The notes beneath the pieces were generated by a model that worked only from the letters and a program-made list of their open reading frames with translations, was not told where the DNA came from and ran no database searches. Shown one piece after another: positions 26,976 to 39,900 of a stretch of DNA of 64,000 bases. Both the position numbers and the translations under genes were made by a program. Numbering within the stretch: the stretch's first letter is position 1; each line of letters opens with the position of its first letter. The DNA comes from Paraspadella gotoi (taxonomy: Eukaryota; Animalia; Chaetognatha), in assembly GCA_051294375.1 (NCBI GenBank), contig CM119264.1:30938146-31002145 (forward strand), written 5' to 3'.

Positions 26976-29900
26976 TCACCTCAATATCCTCAACACTTTC
27001 GTCCAGAATCGGCGAGGGTGTTCGCGTTCGACCTTCGACGGCGAAGTCGATTGTCGTCGATGCCAGAGACGCGACGTCGAACAACGACTCCTCCTCCTCT
27101 TCCTCCTCCTCCTCCTTCTCCCTTTTGAACAGCTTCGTCGCCGGACTCAACAACGTCTTCAACAAGGACGACTTCCCGCTCAAGACTTTCGTCGACGCCG
27201 ACAAATAAGCGAAGGGGTCCGTCGAACCGTCGGCAGAGGCATTCGGCGAAACTCGCCTGGACGAGCGACTCGAGATGTCGGGATGGGCGGCGGCGGTGTC
27301 GACGGGCAGTTGCGACGCCGTCCGAGAGAGATCGATAGACTGATTGATTGATCGATCCGTGATTTCATTACGTGAATGTTTCATCACAGGATTCACAGCG
27401 GATCGACTTTCGGGCGCCAGTGAACGAATTCCGCTTCGTGATTCTTTCATTCTCGAAAAACTACGAATCCCATTTTCACGAGACGCCCTCTCAGGATCTT
27501 CGCTTTTATCCAGTGAAGACGATGCGTCGATGTGACTCACGAGTCGCGAATAATTATCCAGTCTATTCACGTCTTCCCCGGATGTCGATGAAAACCCGGA
27601 TGTTCCCAGTTCTATCTTCGACTCGGTCGCTTTTAATTCGGCAGAAGTTTCCAACAAAATCGACGCTTTGTCGCTTTCGGGAGAAACGGGAGTCGAATTG
27701 TTGTTGTTGTCGTCGTCGTTGTTGTCGTCGTCGTCCTCCGGCGAAGCATTGAAAGCGGCTTTAGCTACCAATGAGAAACGACCCAGACCGGGCAATGCAG
27801 CTGCCGCGGCTGCTGCAGTCACTGTCGCTCTCGACAGCGCAGGAAGAGACGAGGATCTCTTCGCGCCTTTGAAAGAATCATCGACGGAAGAGTTGGCCCT
27901 CAGATGGGATGTCCTCGAAACGGCCCGTCGTGGAGCAAGGGATTCATTTTCTGGTACAAAGGATTTGGCGGTTGTGGGTAATTCGATCATCGGTTGCCAA
28001 GTTCCTCGCTGTGGGGCGTGGAGAGTTGAATTAGAGACGGTGGTCGTCGGGAAAGATTTGATCGCCGGTTGAGACACGGCGCGTGGCAGAGCGATACACG
28101 ATGTGTTGGGCATGGCATCGAGCGTAGCATCGATCGCATTTCTCTCCATAGAAGTTGATCGTGAGAAATTAGAGTGAGGAAACGAGGCAGCTGCTGTCAA
28201 TTCTGCTCCTGCCGCTCCTGCTGCTCCCACTGCGGAGCAACGCCCCATTTTCGAATTTCTGCTTTTTCTCTGGGGACCGGATCGAGCATCGTCAATCCCC
28301 CTGAGCAGAGTCTCTCTCGATGTGGTCACAGAACTGACGCGTGACCCAATGGACGCTGGTGTGGCTGTTCGCCCTGTGTTTGGCGTGGACAATGGCGTTG
28401 GCAACTGTATGGGCAACTGTGTGGGCAACTGTGTGGGTAACTGTGTGGGCAACTGTTTGGGTATTTCAGCGATCGTCACGTCGCTTATTCTCGCGTCCAA
28501 ATTGTGGACAGATTCCGTGTCGTCTTCTCCCAAGGTGATTAATGACCCCAATGATCCCGAATGATCAGACCACCAATCCTCTCCTCTTCCTCCTCCTCTT
28601 CTTCCTCCTCCTCCTCCTTCTCTCTCCTCGTAGACTCCGCACCCCAAGAGAGTCTCGATGAGCGTCGACTTCCCGAGACCCGATCTTCCGACGACGAGGA
28701 TGTTCAGACGAGGTTCTTCTTCGTCCTCGGCGAAGAAAGAGTTGAGAGCTTTTTAAGGGGATGGTGGCACAAGTTGAAAATATAGACAATTATGTATTTT
28801 GTTTATAGTAATAATTATAATGAATAATGAATTATGCATAATTTTTAAATTAATTAAATTGGTGTACAACGAATATAAAAATTATCCATTTATTCAATAA
28901 ATAAATAAATAAATAAATTTTTGCCTCCTGACTTTAAACAGGCTATAGTTTTTTAAAACTATTTTAAATTCTGTATTCTAGCTTAAGGATGATTTTTTTT
29001 ATTTTAAAAATATAAAATCGCACCAACCCCAAGTACCCTGCGTATTTATCAACTAAACTGTGAAAGTTTAAAGATTGCTGGATGCAGCTATTATAGACGG
29101 AGGCCTTAGCCCACAATAGCCCATCCAAATTCACATGCCATTGAAATTATGAATAATTTAAATACTGATTGTCCCAAATATATTAATATTCTAATTATTA
29201 TTTTTGATTTCCTACCCATGTAAATATTTTTGTATTAAATGATGTTATAAATTTAGTATATATATTATAAATTATTTTCAGTATCAATGATCCAACTTAT
29301 CACCTCCAGGTTTTTTTGTCAGCCTGACGAGCGCCTTGACTTTCATCATCCTCTTCGCCTTTGTCATTTCAAGCGAATCTGTCATCTCCTTCTCTTCCAA
29401 ATTCTCTTTCACTACTTTTTCTTTTTTTAACCCGATGACTTTTTTCATTTTAGAAAATCCTTTGACTTTTTTCGATTTGTTAGCTTCTGAAACTGATTTT
29501 TTATCGGGGGAGTTCACCATTTCTAAGTCATGACTTGAACCGACGTCAGATTTATCTTTTTTAAAATCTCCTTTGTCTTTGGCAGAACCGATGATTTTTT
29601 TAATTTTATTTAGACCCTTAGTCCCTTTCATTTTGGGAAAGCCTCTGCCTCTTTTCTTGCCCAATGAATCAATTGCTTCATTTTCTTCGTTTAGCTCTAA
29701 AACTGAGGGGACATCAACCTTATCATTGGAGACGGCTCCATTTTCAAAATTGTCTAAAGTCTCTTTCATGAATTCGATGTCTTTTAAATCACGTGACAAA
29801 GGATTGTCGCCAGATGACGTCATTCCAATTTTGAAATTGGTCACGTCTTCTCTTTCCTTTGATTTAACATTTTCATCTTTTTCTTTGTCTTTTTCTTTGT

Positions 29901-32900
29901 TCCTTCTTTCTTTTTCTTCTTTGTCTTTTTCTTTGTCTCTTTCTTTTTTGTCTTTTTCTTTTTCTTTTCCGTTTTCTTTTTCTTCATCCTTAATCTTCTT
30001 TTTCTCTTCTTCCTTTCAGTGATTTCTAAATTTATTCCAAAATGTGATTGGTTTTTTCTTCTTCTTCGTCTTCTCGCTTTTCACTCGTCAAATCTCACGT
30101 ATTTTTTTTTTCTCACGTCTGAAGTTTTTCTTAATTTGGAATCCATATTCAGAATTTTTTCACTGTGCAGTAGAGTGATGTGAAAATAACCCAAATTTAC
30201 AAAATTCAAACATAAAATTAAAAACTAATAAAAATACTTTGGTAAATNNNNNNNNNNNNNNNNNNNNNNNNNNNNNNNNNNNNNNNNNNNNNNNNNNNNN
30301 NNNNNNNNNNNNNNNNNNNNNNNNNNNNNNNNNNNNNNNNNNNNNNNNNNNNNNNNNNNNNNNNNNNNNNNNNNNNNNNNNNNNNNNNNNNNNNNNNNNN
30401 NNNNNNNNNNNNNNNNNNNNNNNNNNNNNNNNNNNNNNNNNNNNNNNNNNNNNNNNNNNNNNNNNNNNNNNNNNNNNNNNNNNNNNNNNNNNNNNNATAT
30501 TTATATATAGTAATAAGCTAAAATTTCAAAATTCAAAATTTTTAATTTTAAGGTCGGATTTTGATTCCTTGCAAAAATTATTTTATTAAGTTGATTAAAA
30601 ATATNNNNNNNNNNNNNNNNNNNNNNNNNTGTTATCTCCTTTGGAATATGTCCCTTCTGCCCCCGCTCTCTATGTTATCTTTTTTTCAATCCCTTCCCCT
30701 GTTTTATCACCTCTTTTTACGTTTAGACGTGAAAAGTCTCTCGTTGTCCGTTTATTCTGCCCGTTTGATTCTGTTTTTTTTTTTTTTTTTATTATCTCTT
30801 CTTCCTACATGGAAAAAATACGTTTGCCGTTTTTTTCTTTTTTTTTTTTAAAAAAGTTTGTTCATTTCTTTTTACATTTGAAAATAAATCTCTCCTCTTC
30901 TCGTTTTTCTGTTATTTTTTAAGCGTTTTCATAATCTTTTTAGTGAAGAAAAAGTCTGTTTTCTTGGTGTATTTAACGTTTTTATCTATTGAGAGTGAGA
31001 GAAATGAGCTTACATAAAATTAAAGAGAAAAGAGAGAGAGAAGGAGACATAAAATAAAAGAGAGGAAATTTGTCTGTTTTGATAAAAAGATATTTAGATA
31101 ACTGTCCTCACCCAATTTAACCACCTCGATGATGTTATTTGCAGAAGTATTTAACGTTTTTTATTTCTTCTTCTTCTTTCTTCTGTTCAGTCAAATCTCA
31201 CAGTATTTTTTTTTCTCACGTCTGAAGTTTTTTTTAATTTGGATCCATAGTTTCAGAATTTTTTCACTGTGCAGTAGAGTATGGTGAAATAAACCAAATT
31301 TACAAAATTCTAAAACATTAAATTAAAAAACTAATAAAAATACTTTGTAAATTTTCTTGTTTAATTTTATATAGTATGGCACCAGTGAGCTAATATTATA
31401 TTTATAAGTATAAGCTAAAATTTCAAAAATTCAAATTTTTTTTAAATTTTATAGGTCGGATTTTGATTTCCTTGCAAAAATTCATTTTATTAAGTTGGAT
31501 TAAAAATATAAAAAAACATAAAATTTAAAATTACCGATTTTCAATTTCCCAGCTTAAAAGTATAGTTTTTTGTAATCTTGAACTTACTTTATATATATGA
31601 TATATTTTTTTTATCATGTTTACGATGGAATCTGAATCAGTTCTCAGAATTTTTAAAAACTTTTTTTGAAATTTTGACATAATATACTATAATGATTATT
31701 TATTAAAAAAACTACAGATTAAAATTCACTAATATTAATATTTTTCAAGATGTAGCTGTTAAATTTTTATTCGCAAACTTCACTTCACCCTACTGGTGGC
31801 AGATTATGTGGTTTTCGCTTTTTTAACTTTTTAATGATTTTTATAATTTAAACGATAGCAGATGTTATGACAAGTCATTATGACTTTAAAACCGGTCAAG
31901 CGTTAGTCCGATTTCCTAAACACTGAAATAAATCAAATGAACATTTTGCAGAAAAAAATAATTTAATTTTTAATCGACAAAAAATATTTAAATTCAGATT
32001 TTTCCGTGTTTTTGATTTTACCTTCGGTTTGTTTTTTCTCCTTTGAAAACGAAGTTGACTTAAATTGATCAGGTTTGTTCATCGTCATTTTCTCTCTGTC
32101 GTCGTCGTCAGTTGTTTGTCTTTCGTCCTCGTAACCTGACAAAAATCGTCGTAACAAATGCATCGTCCATAAAATTCATGTTATCGCCGTTTGAATATTG
32201 AAAAAAACTTTAAATTTGTACCATTAATAGCTAATTTGTTAATTTTAAAGAAGAACAATGTTTATTCACTTTAAACTGGCAGTCTTCTCTCTCTCTATCA
32301 CTATCATCACTCCCTCTCAGATCATTGTCTTTCCTTTAATTTCCATGAGTTTAGGGCGTCACTAAATGACTGAACCGACAATGAAGTTTATTGCTTCTCT
32401 TTACTTTTTTTTAAATTGGTCATTGATGTCAGTCCACGGATATCAGTTATGACATCGACTGCGAATAAAAAAAAGTCCGGTTGACAAATCTCGGAGCGAA
32501 ATTTTAAAAAAAATGATCTTCTTCACTAAAGGGAATTAAAACTAAGGTTAAGATAAAAAATTAAACTAACTCGATCTTTAGTAGATTTTACTACAGATTA
32601 TTCTCGCTTTTGACTTTTCTTTCTCATCTTCCGATCACTAATCTTCTTTCATTTTCTTAGTTGAACTTTTCGGACAGTCTGTCTGTCGGTCGGTCGGTAT
32701 GTCAGTCTGTCTGTCATCAAAACATCAAAACATTAAATCTAAAGGACTGCTAGCGCCGCCTTCAGGATATTCTAAAACTATAAGGAATTCCGAAGCAGTG
32801 CGTGTCATAAATACACGGGCTAAGAAAGTTACTGCGGCGCAACACATTGGATGGCCCGATCTTGTTTCTTCTCTCTCAATCTCACTATCTCACTCTCTCA

Positions 32901-33834
32901 TTATCTCACTATCTCACTATCTCGCTCTCCCTTTACTCCTTCCCTCTCTTCATCTTTAACTCTAGTTTCTGCTTTCCCCTCTCCCCTCCCCCACTCCTTC
33001 TCAATTTATTTTTCTCCCTCTTTCTCTCCCTCCCTCTTTCACTCCCTCCCTCTTTCTCTCCCTCTTTCTCTCCCTCCCTCTTTCACTCCCTCCCTCTCCC
33101 CCGCCATTCTCTAACTCACCCGCGCAGTATCCAAAGAGAATGACCATGAGTACGAAGACTGGGTAAGTTCTCGCGACGAACCAAAAGGCCAGAGCGAATC
33201 CAGCCGAGGCGATCATGAGGCAATAACCGTAGACGCGTTTGATGCAACCGAAATCCGAGACGAATCCCCAAGTTATACGGCCTAAAAGGGATTGGATCGA
33301 TTTTGGTATTAATAAAAAAAATATTACTTTCATAACCCTAACTGATCTTAAACAAATTTTATTATTTTTTCATGTATAATAAAACAATGTGTATTAATCC
33401 TTTCTTTTCGTTGTGTTAGGTGATTAGCGAAAAAACGAAATTTTAATTTCAACTATTTGTTTTAATTAAAAAAAACGGAGATGTTTCGACTTTGCTTGCA
33501 AGTCAAAACGCTGATGAAGACTTGCAAGCAAAGTCGAAAGGACCTTTTTAATGAGAAGCTATATCTTAATTTTAATACAAATAAAAATAAAATCTTATAG
33601 AAGCTATGATTGGAAAAAAATGTAAAAAATTCCAATTGTAGACAATTGTAACATTTTTTTTTCCTTTCTTTTATTTCTTTAAATTATATATAGATTTTTC
33701 TTCCTATTTTTGTCAGTTGCTGCCTTTTCTGAACCCTTTACAAACGAGTTCAGGCTGTGCAGTGACTGTTCAGCTGCCTTCCAGCGGCTCTCCAGCTTTC
33801 TCTCTCTCTCTCTTTTTCTCTCTGTCTCTGTCTG

Positions 33835-33904
<70 letters not shown>

Positions 33905-36900
33905 TACGATCTTTTGCGTGATCGTTTTTTGAAAATTTTGATTATTCTTTTCTTTTAAAAACTTTTATTATCGCCATTTATTCCGCGATTTTTTGTGGAT
34001 TTATTCTCTTTCTTTCTCTCCTCTCTTTCTCTCTCTCTTTCACTCATACACGCATTTGTTTGTTTATTTATGATGAATGATTCATTGCGTCAATGAATGA
34101 CTATCATCGCATCAATGAATGAATCATCGTATCAAAGAATGACTATCATCGCATCAACCATTTGGTTATTATCACAATCAATCATTTGTTATCATCACAT
34201 CGATCATTTGGTTATCATCGCATCAATTATTGGTTATCACTCGCATCAATATTTGGTTATCATCGCATCAATCATTTGGTTATCATCGCATTAATCCTTT
34301 GGTTATCATCGCATCAATATTTGTTTTATTAATTCTTTAGGGAGATTTTGCGTATTACGACCAGAGAACGGCCAGACTCTGGCCAGACTCTGGCCAGATC
34401 TGGCCAGACTCTGGCCAGATGCTTGGCCAGACTCTGAGACTCTGCAGACTGGCAAGACTCTGGCCAGATGCACTTCAGACTGATTTGGCTTCAAGGACAA
34501 GGTGACTCAGACTAAGGGTCACTCTCTCTCTCTCTCTCTCTCCCTTGCTCACTCTATTGCTCTCTATCTCATTATTTTACTTTTTCAGGGCCTTGCTTCA
34601 GATTGAAATTAGTTTGTTGTTTGATAATACTTTCTTTTAAAATAATAATTTTTATGAAGGACAATTATTTATAAACATACTTAGATATCTCTAATTTTCC
34701 TTCTAAGCCCATCTGATCATTGGCCGGTGCCATTTGTTTCTCGACCAATGAGAATTGTTCCATTCTGGTCCGGCGGATTTTACCCGAGTCGTTGATCCGA
34801 TTTCGATTCTGGAGTCTTGATTCCTCTGCGAGAATCTCATTTGCATTTTTGTATCTTGTTTTAAACTTCGTTACGAAAAAATAATAATTTGATAAAACTT
34901 TAAAATATATTTTTCTAGAAAGACATAAAACATAAAAAACTCATTATATGTTTTATAAGTTTTTTAGCGTTTATTATATTTACTTTTATTGAGTTTACTT
35001 CTTAAAAATATTTTTTCTACGAAACCCAAATTCCGTCCCGTAGTAGAAGCATAGTGTATATAAAGAAAAAAGATCCTACTTGTAAATGTAGTGTAGTAAC
35101 TTATAAATATAGTGTAGTAACTTAATCCAGTACTTAGCATGCGACTTGTCATGTATGTAGCTTCATTCTAGCGATGTAGCGTCCGTCTTGTGATGTAGCG
35201 TCCGTCTTGTGATGTAGCGTATTATTTATTATTAAAATTTTTTATCTTCCTTTAGTTTTTTTTAACCTTTTGTAAACATAACTTTTTATTTATCAGAGAG
35301 CCTTAATATAATAATATAATAATATAATATATATATATAATATATATATAATATATATATATAATAATATAATAATAATAATGAGTAAGATCATCATTGA
35401 TTCGCGTTCCAAGTTTGCAAAGATAAACATTAAAGACGAAAAACATAAAAAAGAAGAAGAAGAAAAAAAGAAGTAATTCTCGATATTATAGACGAAATAA
35501 ACTTTTAGTGTTATGCTTTTTTTTTAATCGGTCATTTTTTTTTTCCTCCGATGGAAATTTAACGTTTTCCCCTGGCACCCCCTCGACCCTTTCGTAGAAT
35601 ATCGTCTCGCGCCTAAATTCGTTTTTTCCCGCTCAAAGCGACGACGTCGAAGCCGCGGCCCGTTACGTCATCGACCACGCCCCCTTTTTCGGAATCGACC
35701 TGAGAGGAGTGGGTTTGATTGGCGACAGCGCTGACGGAACTCACGCCGCCGACTTGGCCGTCAAACTGAAGCCAAAGGACCCTAGACATACTCATCCTCT
35801 CGTGATTACGGTGCTCATCTACCCGTTCCTTCAACTCATCAATTTTCAGACTTCTTGGGTCTGATGATCCAATGATCGCGAGAGACGTGTCCAATTATCT
35901 GACCGGTGGAGATCGCTTCGCCGCCGACCATTCGAGCTAATCTTCATACTTCGCCAAAAACGAAACACGGACTGGGTAGAGACGATTTCGATATATCCGC
36001 CATTCCTAAGAGTCAGATCCCTAAAAACTACACGCCTCCCTCATTGGATGTCGGAAGGGATGTCCCGGACCTCCGCTCGGTCGTCGATCCGAGGGCGTCT
36101 CCGCTTCTCGCCGATTTGACGCGTCTTCCTCCAATCATGATTGTCGCCGCTGAAGATTATTTTCGCGACGAGGCTTACATGATTAACTCTCGTCTGGTCA
36201 AGAGCAGAGTTGATTCGACGTTCAAGTTGTACCCCGGGGCATATCACGGCATTTTCAGCATTACTGGACCCGGGCCAGTTAGCGAATTGGCTTTTAAAAT
36301 ATGGAATGACGTTACGAGATACGTAATCGAGAATCTGGAAATCAATTTATCGTATGTAATTTTTTTTTTTCAACACCTACTTATAGGGGTTATGAAAAAT
36401 ATTTTATTAAAATTTTTATTTTATTTATTTTTAAATTTTTACTACACTTTGCTGTCTGATGTTTGGTCTTATTATCACAAAATATTTCAATTATTAAATA
36501 AAACTGCACCGCTGGATAGCTTGTATTTTGTCTCTCTTTCCCTTTTTGCTTGCATTTATTCAATTCAAAAATTACCCGTTCATTTCAAAGACTCACCAAT
36601 CATATCCGATATTCCCATGACGGAAAGCAATAGCGCTGCTTGGTGCTTGTCGACGCCTCTCGTGATTGCAAAGTCGACAACGAAGAGCGTGGAAGGGGCG
36701 CGGCCGAGAGAGGACAATGCCACGGCCGTGGCAAAGATGGCAAAGTCAACGTTGCGTAAGAGTGACAAATCTGTATGGGGGAACAATATAGGGAAAGGAC
36801 AAGGGCATAATGATAAGAACCAGTAAATATGAAAGAATGGTTTATTCAATGTTATGGGACATGAATACTCATTACTCAAAATAACAAGAATAGCCTTAAC

Positions 36901-39900
36901 ATTTGTAGTACAAAATTCATTACGTTATGTTTACAAGCTGAGGAAATTTGGAAAGAAAGAGACAGTTAAAAGACTCAAATTTTAAACGAAAATGAAATAT
37001 TGAAAAGACAAACAGTAGATATCAAATTGCTACAACCAATATAAAAATTATTCATTCATTTAATTAATAAGATATCTTGCGCTTTACTTTGGACAAACCA
37101 TGATAAGTTAAGGCCTTCATCACTCTGACGAGTTAATAACTGGACCCTGAAAGCTTTCAATCAAAACTACAATCGACTCGTTTATTCACTCCCACTTTTA
37201 GAAATTTAAATCTAAAATGGGAAGAAAGTGCTTGTTAGTCTTTTGAACTATCTCAAAAAATAAATATTAAGAATAGATAGATAGAAAATTAAAAGACGAG
37301 AAAAACAAATGCATAAATAAATAATTAATTATTTTTTTAGAAAGCTAATTAAGTAATTAATTAGCTTTCTTTTATACCGATAGTAAGATTCTTCTTCGGC
37401 GGCGGCGTGTTCTCCTCTTCCTCTTCCTCCTCGCCGATCGACGCTGCCGGTGCAGAGCCCGCCGACGCTGCCGGTTCCGCCGACGTCGCCGGTTCGAGGC
37501 CCAAGAGATGCTTGGCCGAGCTGTTGCGTTTGATGGAGGAATTTCGGTTGACGACGGAATCGTGTTCGATGCTGGGGCTGGAGGAGGAGGAGGAGGAAGA
37601 AGAGGAGGAGGAGGAGAAGGAGGAGGGGCGGGCGGAATCATTGGTTTTATCAATTTCATAAAAATATAAAACACTGTTTTCGGAAAGCGCTCAATTTATG
37701 TTCCTTGATCCCAGTCCCTGACCCTAATCTGAAAACTCTATTCCTTAACCCCAATCACTAATTGTAATCCTTAAACATAAATCTTATTTTTATTTTTAAA
37801 CTTTAAAACTATTTTAATTCTGATTCTAAGCTGAAACGGGGCATTTTAGGAAAATATGGCCTCATGTAAAAGTTGAAACCTTTGACTTGTTCGCTTTGGC
37901 GATGGAACGAGATTCGAATCTGCCACAGTGTCTTTGATAAACGGACAATTTTCTTCTGTGCTGCATCTGTGTGGAAACGAATAAATATGTCATTTGATAT
38001 TTCATTGTAGTAGAGAACTGTAAAGCTCATCATTGAAAATTTACGTTTTAACACTTTACCGCACTATAATATGCAAATTTGATTAAAGTAGATACTGTCA
38101 TTGGAAAGAATATAAAGATTTAAAAATGAATTATGAAAATATCATATATAAATGAAACGGGCGCCATAAAAGGCCGCCGGGCAAAATATAAGGAATCTGT
38201 ATCCCGGAGGAACAGATCCGCTGTTCTTTTGTTGATGCCGAGAAGTGAAGATCAGAAATTTACGTGCGCAAAAATAGATTCAACCACCCAAGCCTATGGT
38301 CTATAATCGCACATGGCTGAAACATCCGAATAACACACGAACTTTGTTAAAACAAAAAGCTGAAGAAATATTTACGTATTCCATTTAACATTTGGCGGCA
38401 ATTCGAAAATTCTTCAAAATTCCTAACTCAATATTCGCGCTTGAAAGATTTTAATTTTTACTGCAATATGCAAATGAGAATTAAATGGGAATGGAATGAT
38501 CTCGACGGGAGTTATGAGTTTACGTTTTAGTCTAAGTCAATTATCGATTCCTTACTATATCGATCCATGGGTCTTAAATTACACGGCTAACTTTAGAGTT
38601 GTAATGGACTTAATAGGATTTTTAAAATGAGTTTAAACCCCGTTGTGAACTTTAGATCGAACCCTGGATTTAACCTTAAAATGATCGAACCCGCGACCCA
38701 CCGACCCAACCAAACCTTTCGGAAGAGTCTCTCTTCTTATTCTTCTTAATTCCAAACAAGACTTTCTTCACATCTTCATTGTTGTTGTCGTCTTCTTCCT
38801 CCTCCTCCTCTTCTTCAACAGGATCGTCCAGGATGGTTCTGATCATCTCCCTCTCTTCGTCGACGGGGTCATCCGGCGGAGTCAACTCCTTCTCCAGATT
38901 TTGGAAGGGAACCTGGAAAGTCGATTCTTGTTGTTGTTGTTGTTGTTGTTGTTTTTATCGTCGGGTTTGCATTAGCTGTTCACCAATATTTAATAATCAC
39001 AGACCCAATATATCATAACTTTTATCACAGGTAAACTTTATCAGTCATGCACACAACATTCCAAAATACCTCAACTTCCTCTGCTCATACCACATTCCCA
39101 ATGCCCACGATACCACACATATCACCACATCCCCAATGCCCACGTTACCCCACATATCGCCACATCCCCAATGCCCACGATACCGCGCATCTCATCACAT
39201 CCCCAAATGTCCACAATACTGCACATCTCGCCATAACTTCAATGCCCAGTGGGCATTTGCCCACAACAGACAACGCGCCGAAAGCACAATACATCACCCA
39301 TTCCCCTAAAGCATATCAAAGCAGACCAAATATCCCCTGACCACACCTCCCACCACAGCCCACCACATCGGCCATGCTGTAGATGCTCATCATGCTGATG
39401 GTGGAAGCCCTCCTCTTCCTCGTCGCCTCGGGGAGGTGAGAGTCTTCCTTGGAGTCGATGGAGACTCCACTCAGTCGGTTGATCCTCGAGAGATAATGAG
39501 AATGAGGAGCGGGAGACAGACGTCGCATTCGTTTCACCAAGTCCTGTCAAGTTGAAACAATTTTCAGCAAGTCGGCAAAATCTAAGGCGTCAATGTCAAC
39601 AAATCTAAGGAGGTCAATGTCAATTGTGATCTGACGCGGTTGCGGGGGCAACAATAGCGTTGCTGTCCCTGAATGCTTAAGCTTACAACTGCCCAATGCA
39701 AATTAGATTAAAGAATCTGATCTCATATTTTTAATCTAATTTCGTCTAATCTAACCTAATTTAACCTCTTGTAGTAATCGAACTTGATCAAATCAAATCT
39801 AATCTAATCTGCTCTCGTCTACTCTGTTTACTAATCTGATCCCTAATCTTATCCTTAATCTTATCCCTAATCTGATCCCTAATCTCATCCCATTCATCAC

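Noticed and set aside
26851-28647. 598-aa ORF as a stand-alone intronless gene
   Set aside because: The frame extends upstream to a splice acceptor and the septin P-loop, and its last ~40 codons are intronic (GA)n after the 26980 donor.
29284-29844. 186-aa Lys-rich ORF as a separate gene
   Set aside because: A phase-1 donor (GGA G|gtgata, 29304) matches the phase of the P-loop exon, so it is treated as the septin N-terminus; this link is moderately uncertain.
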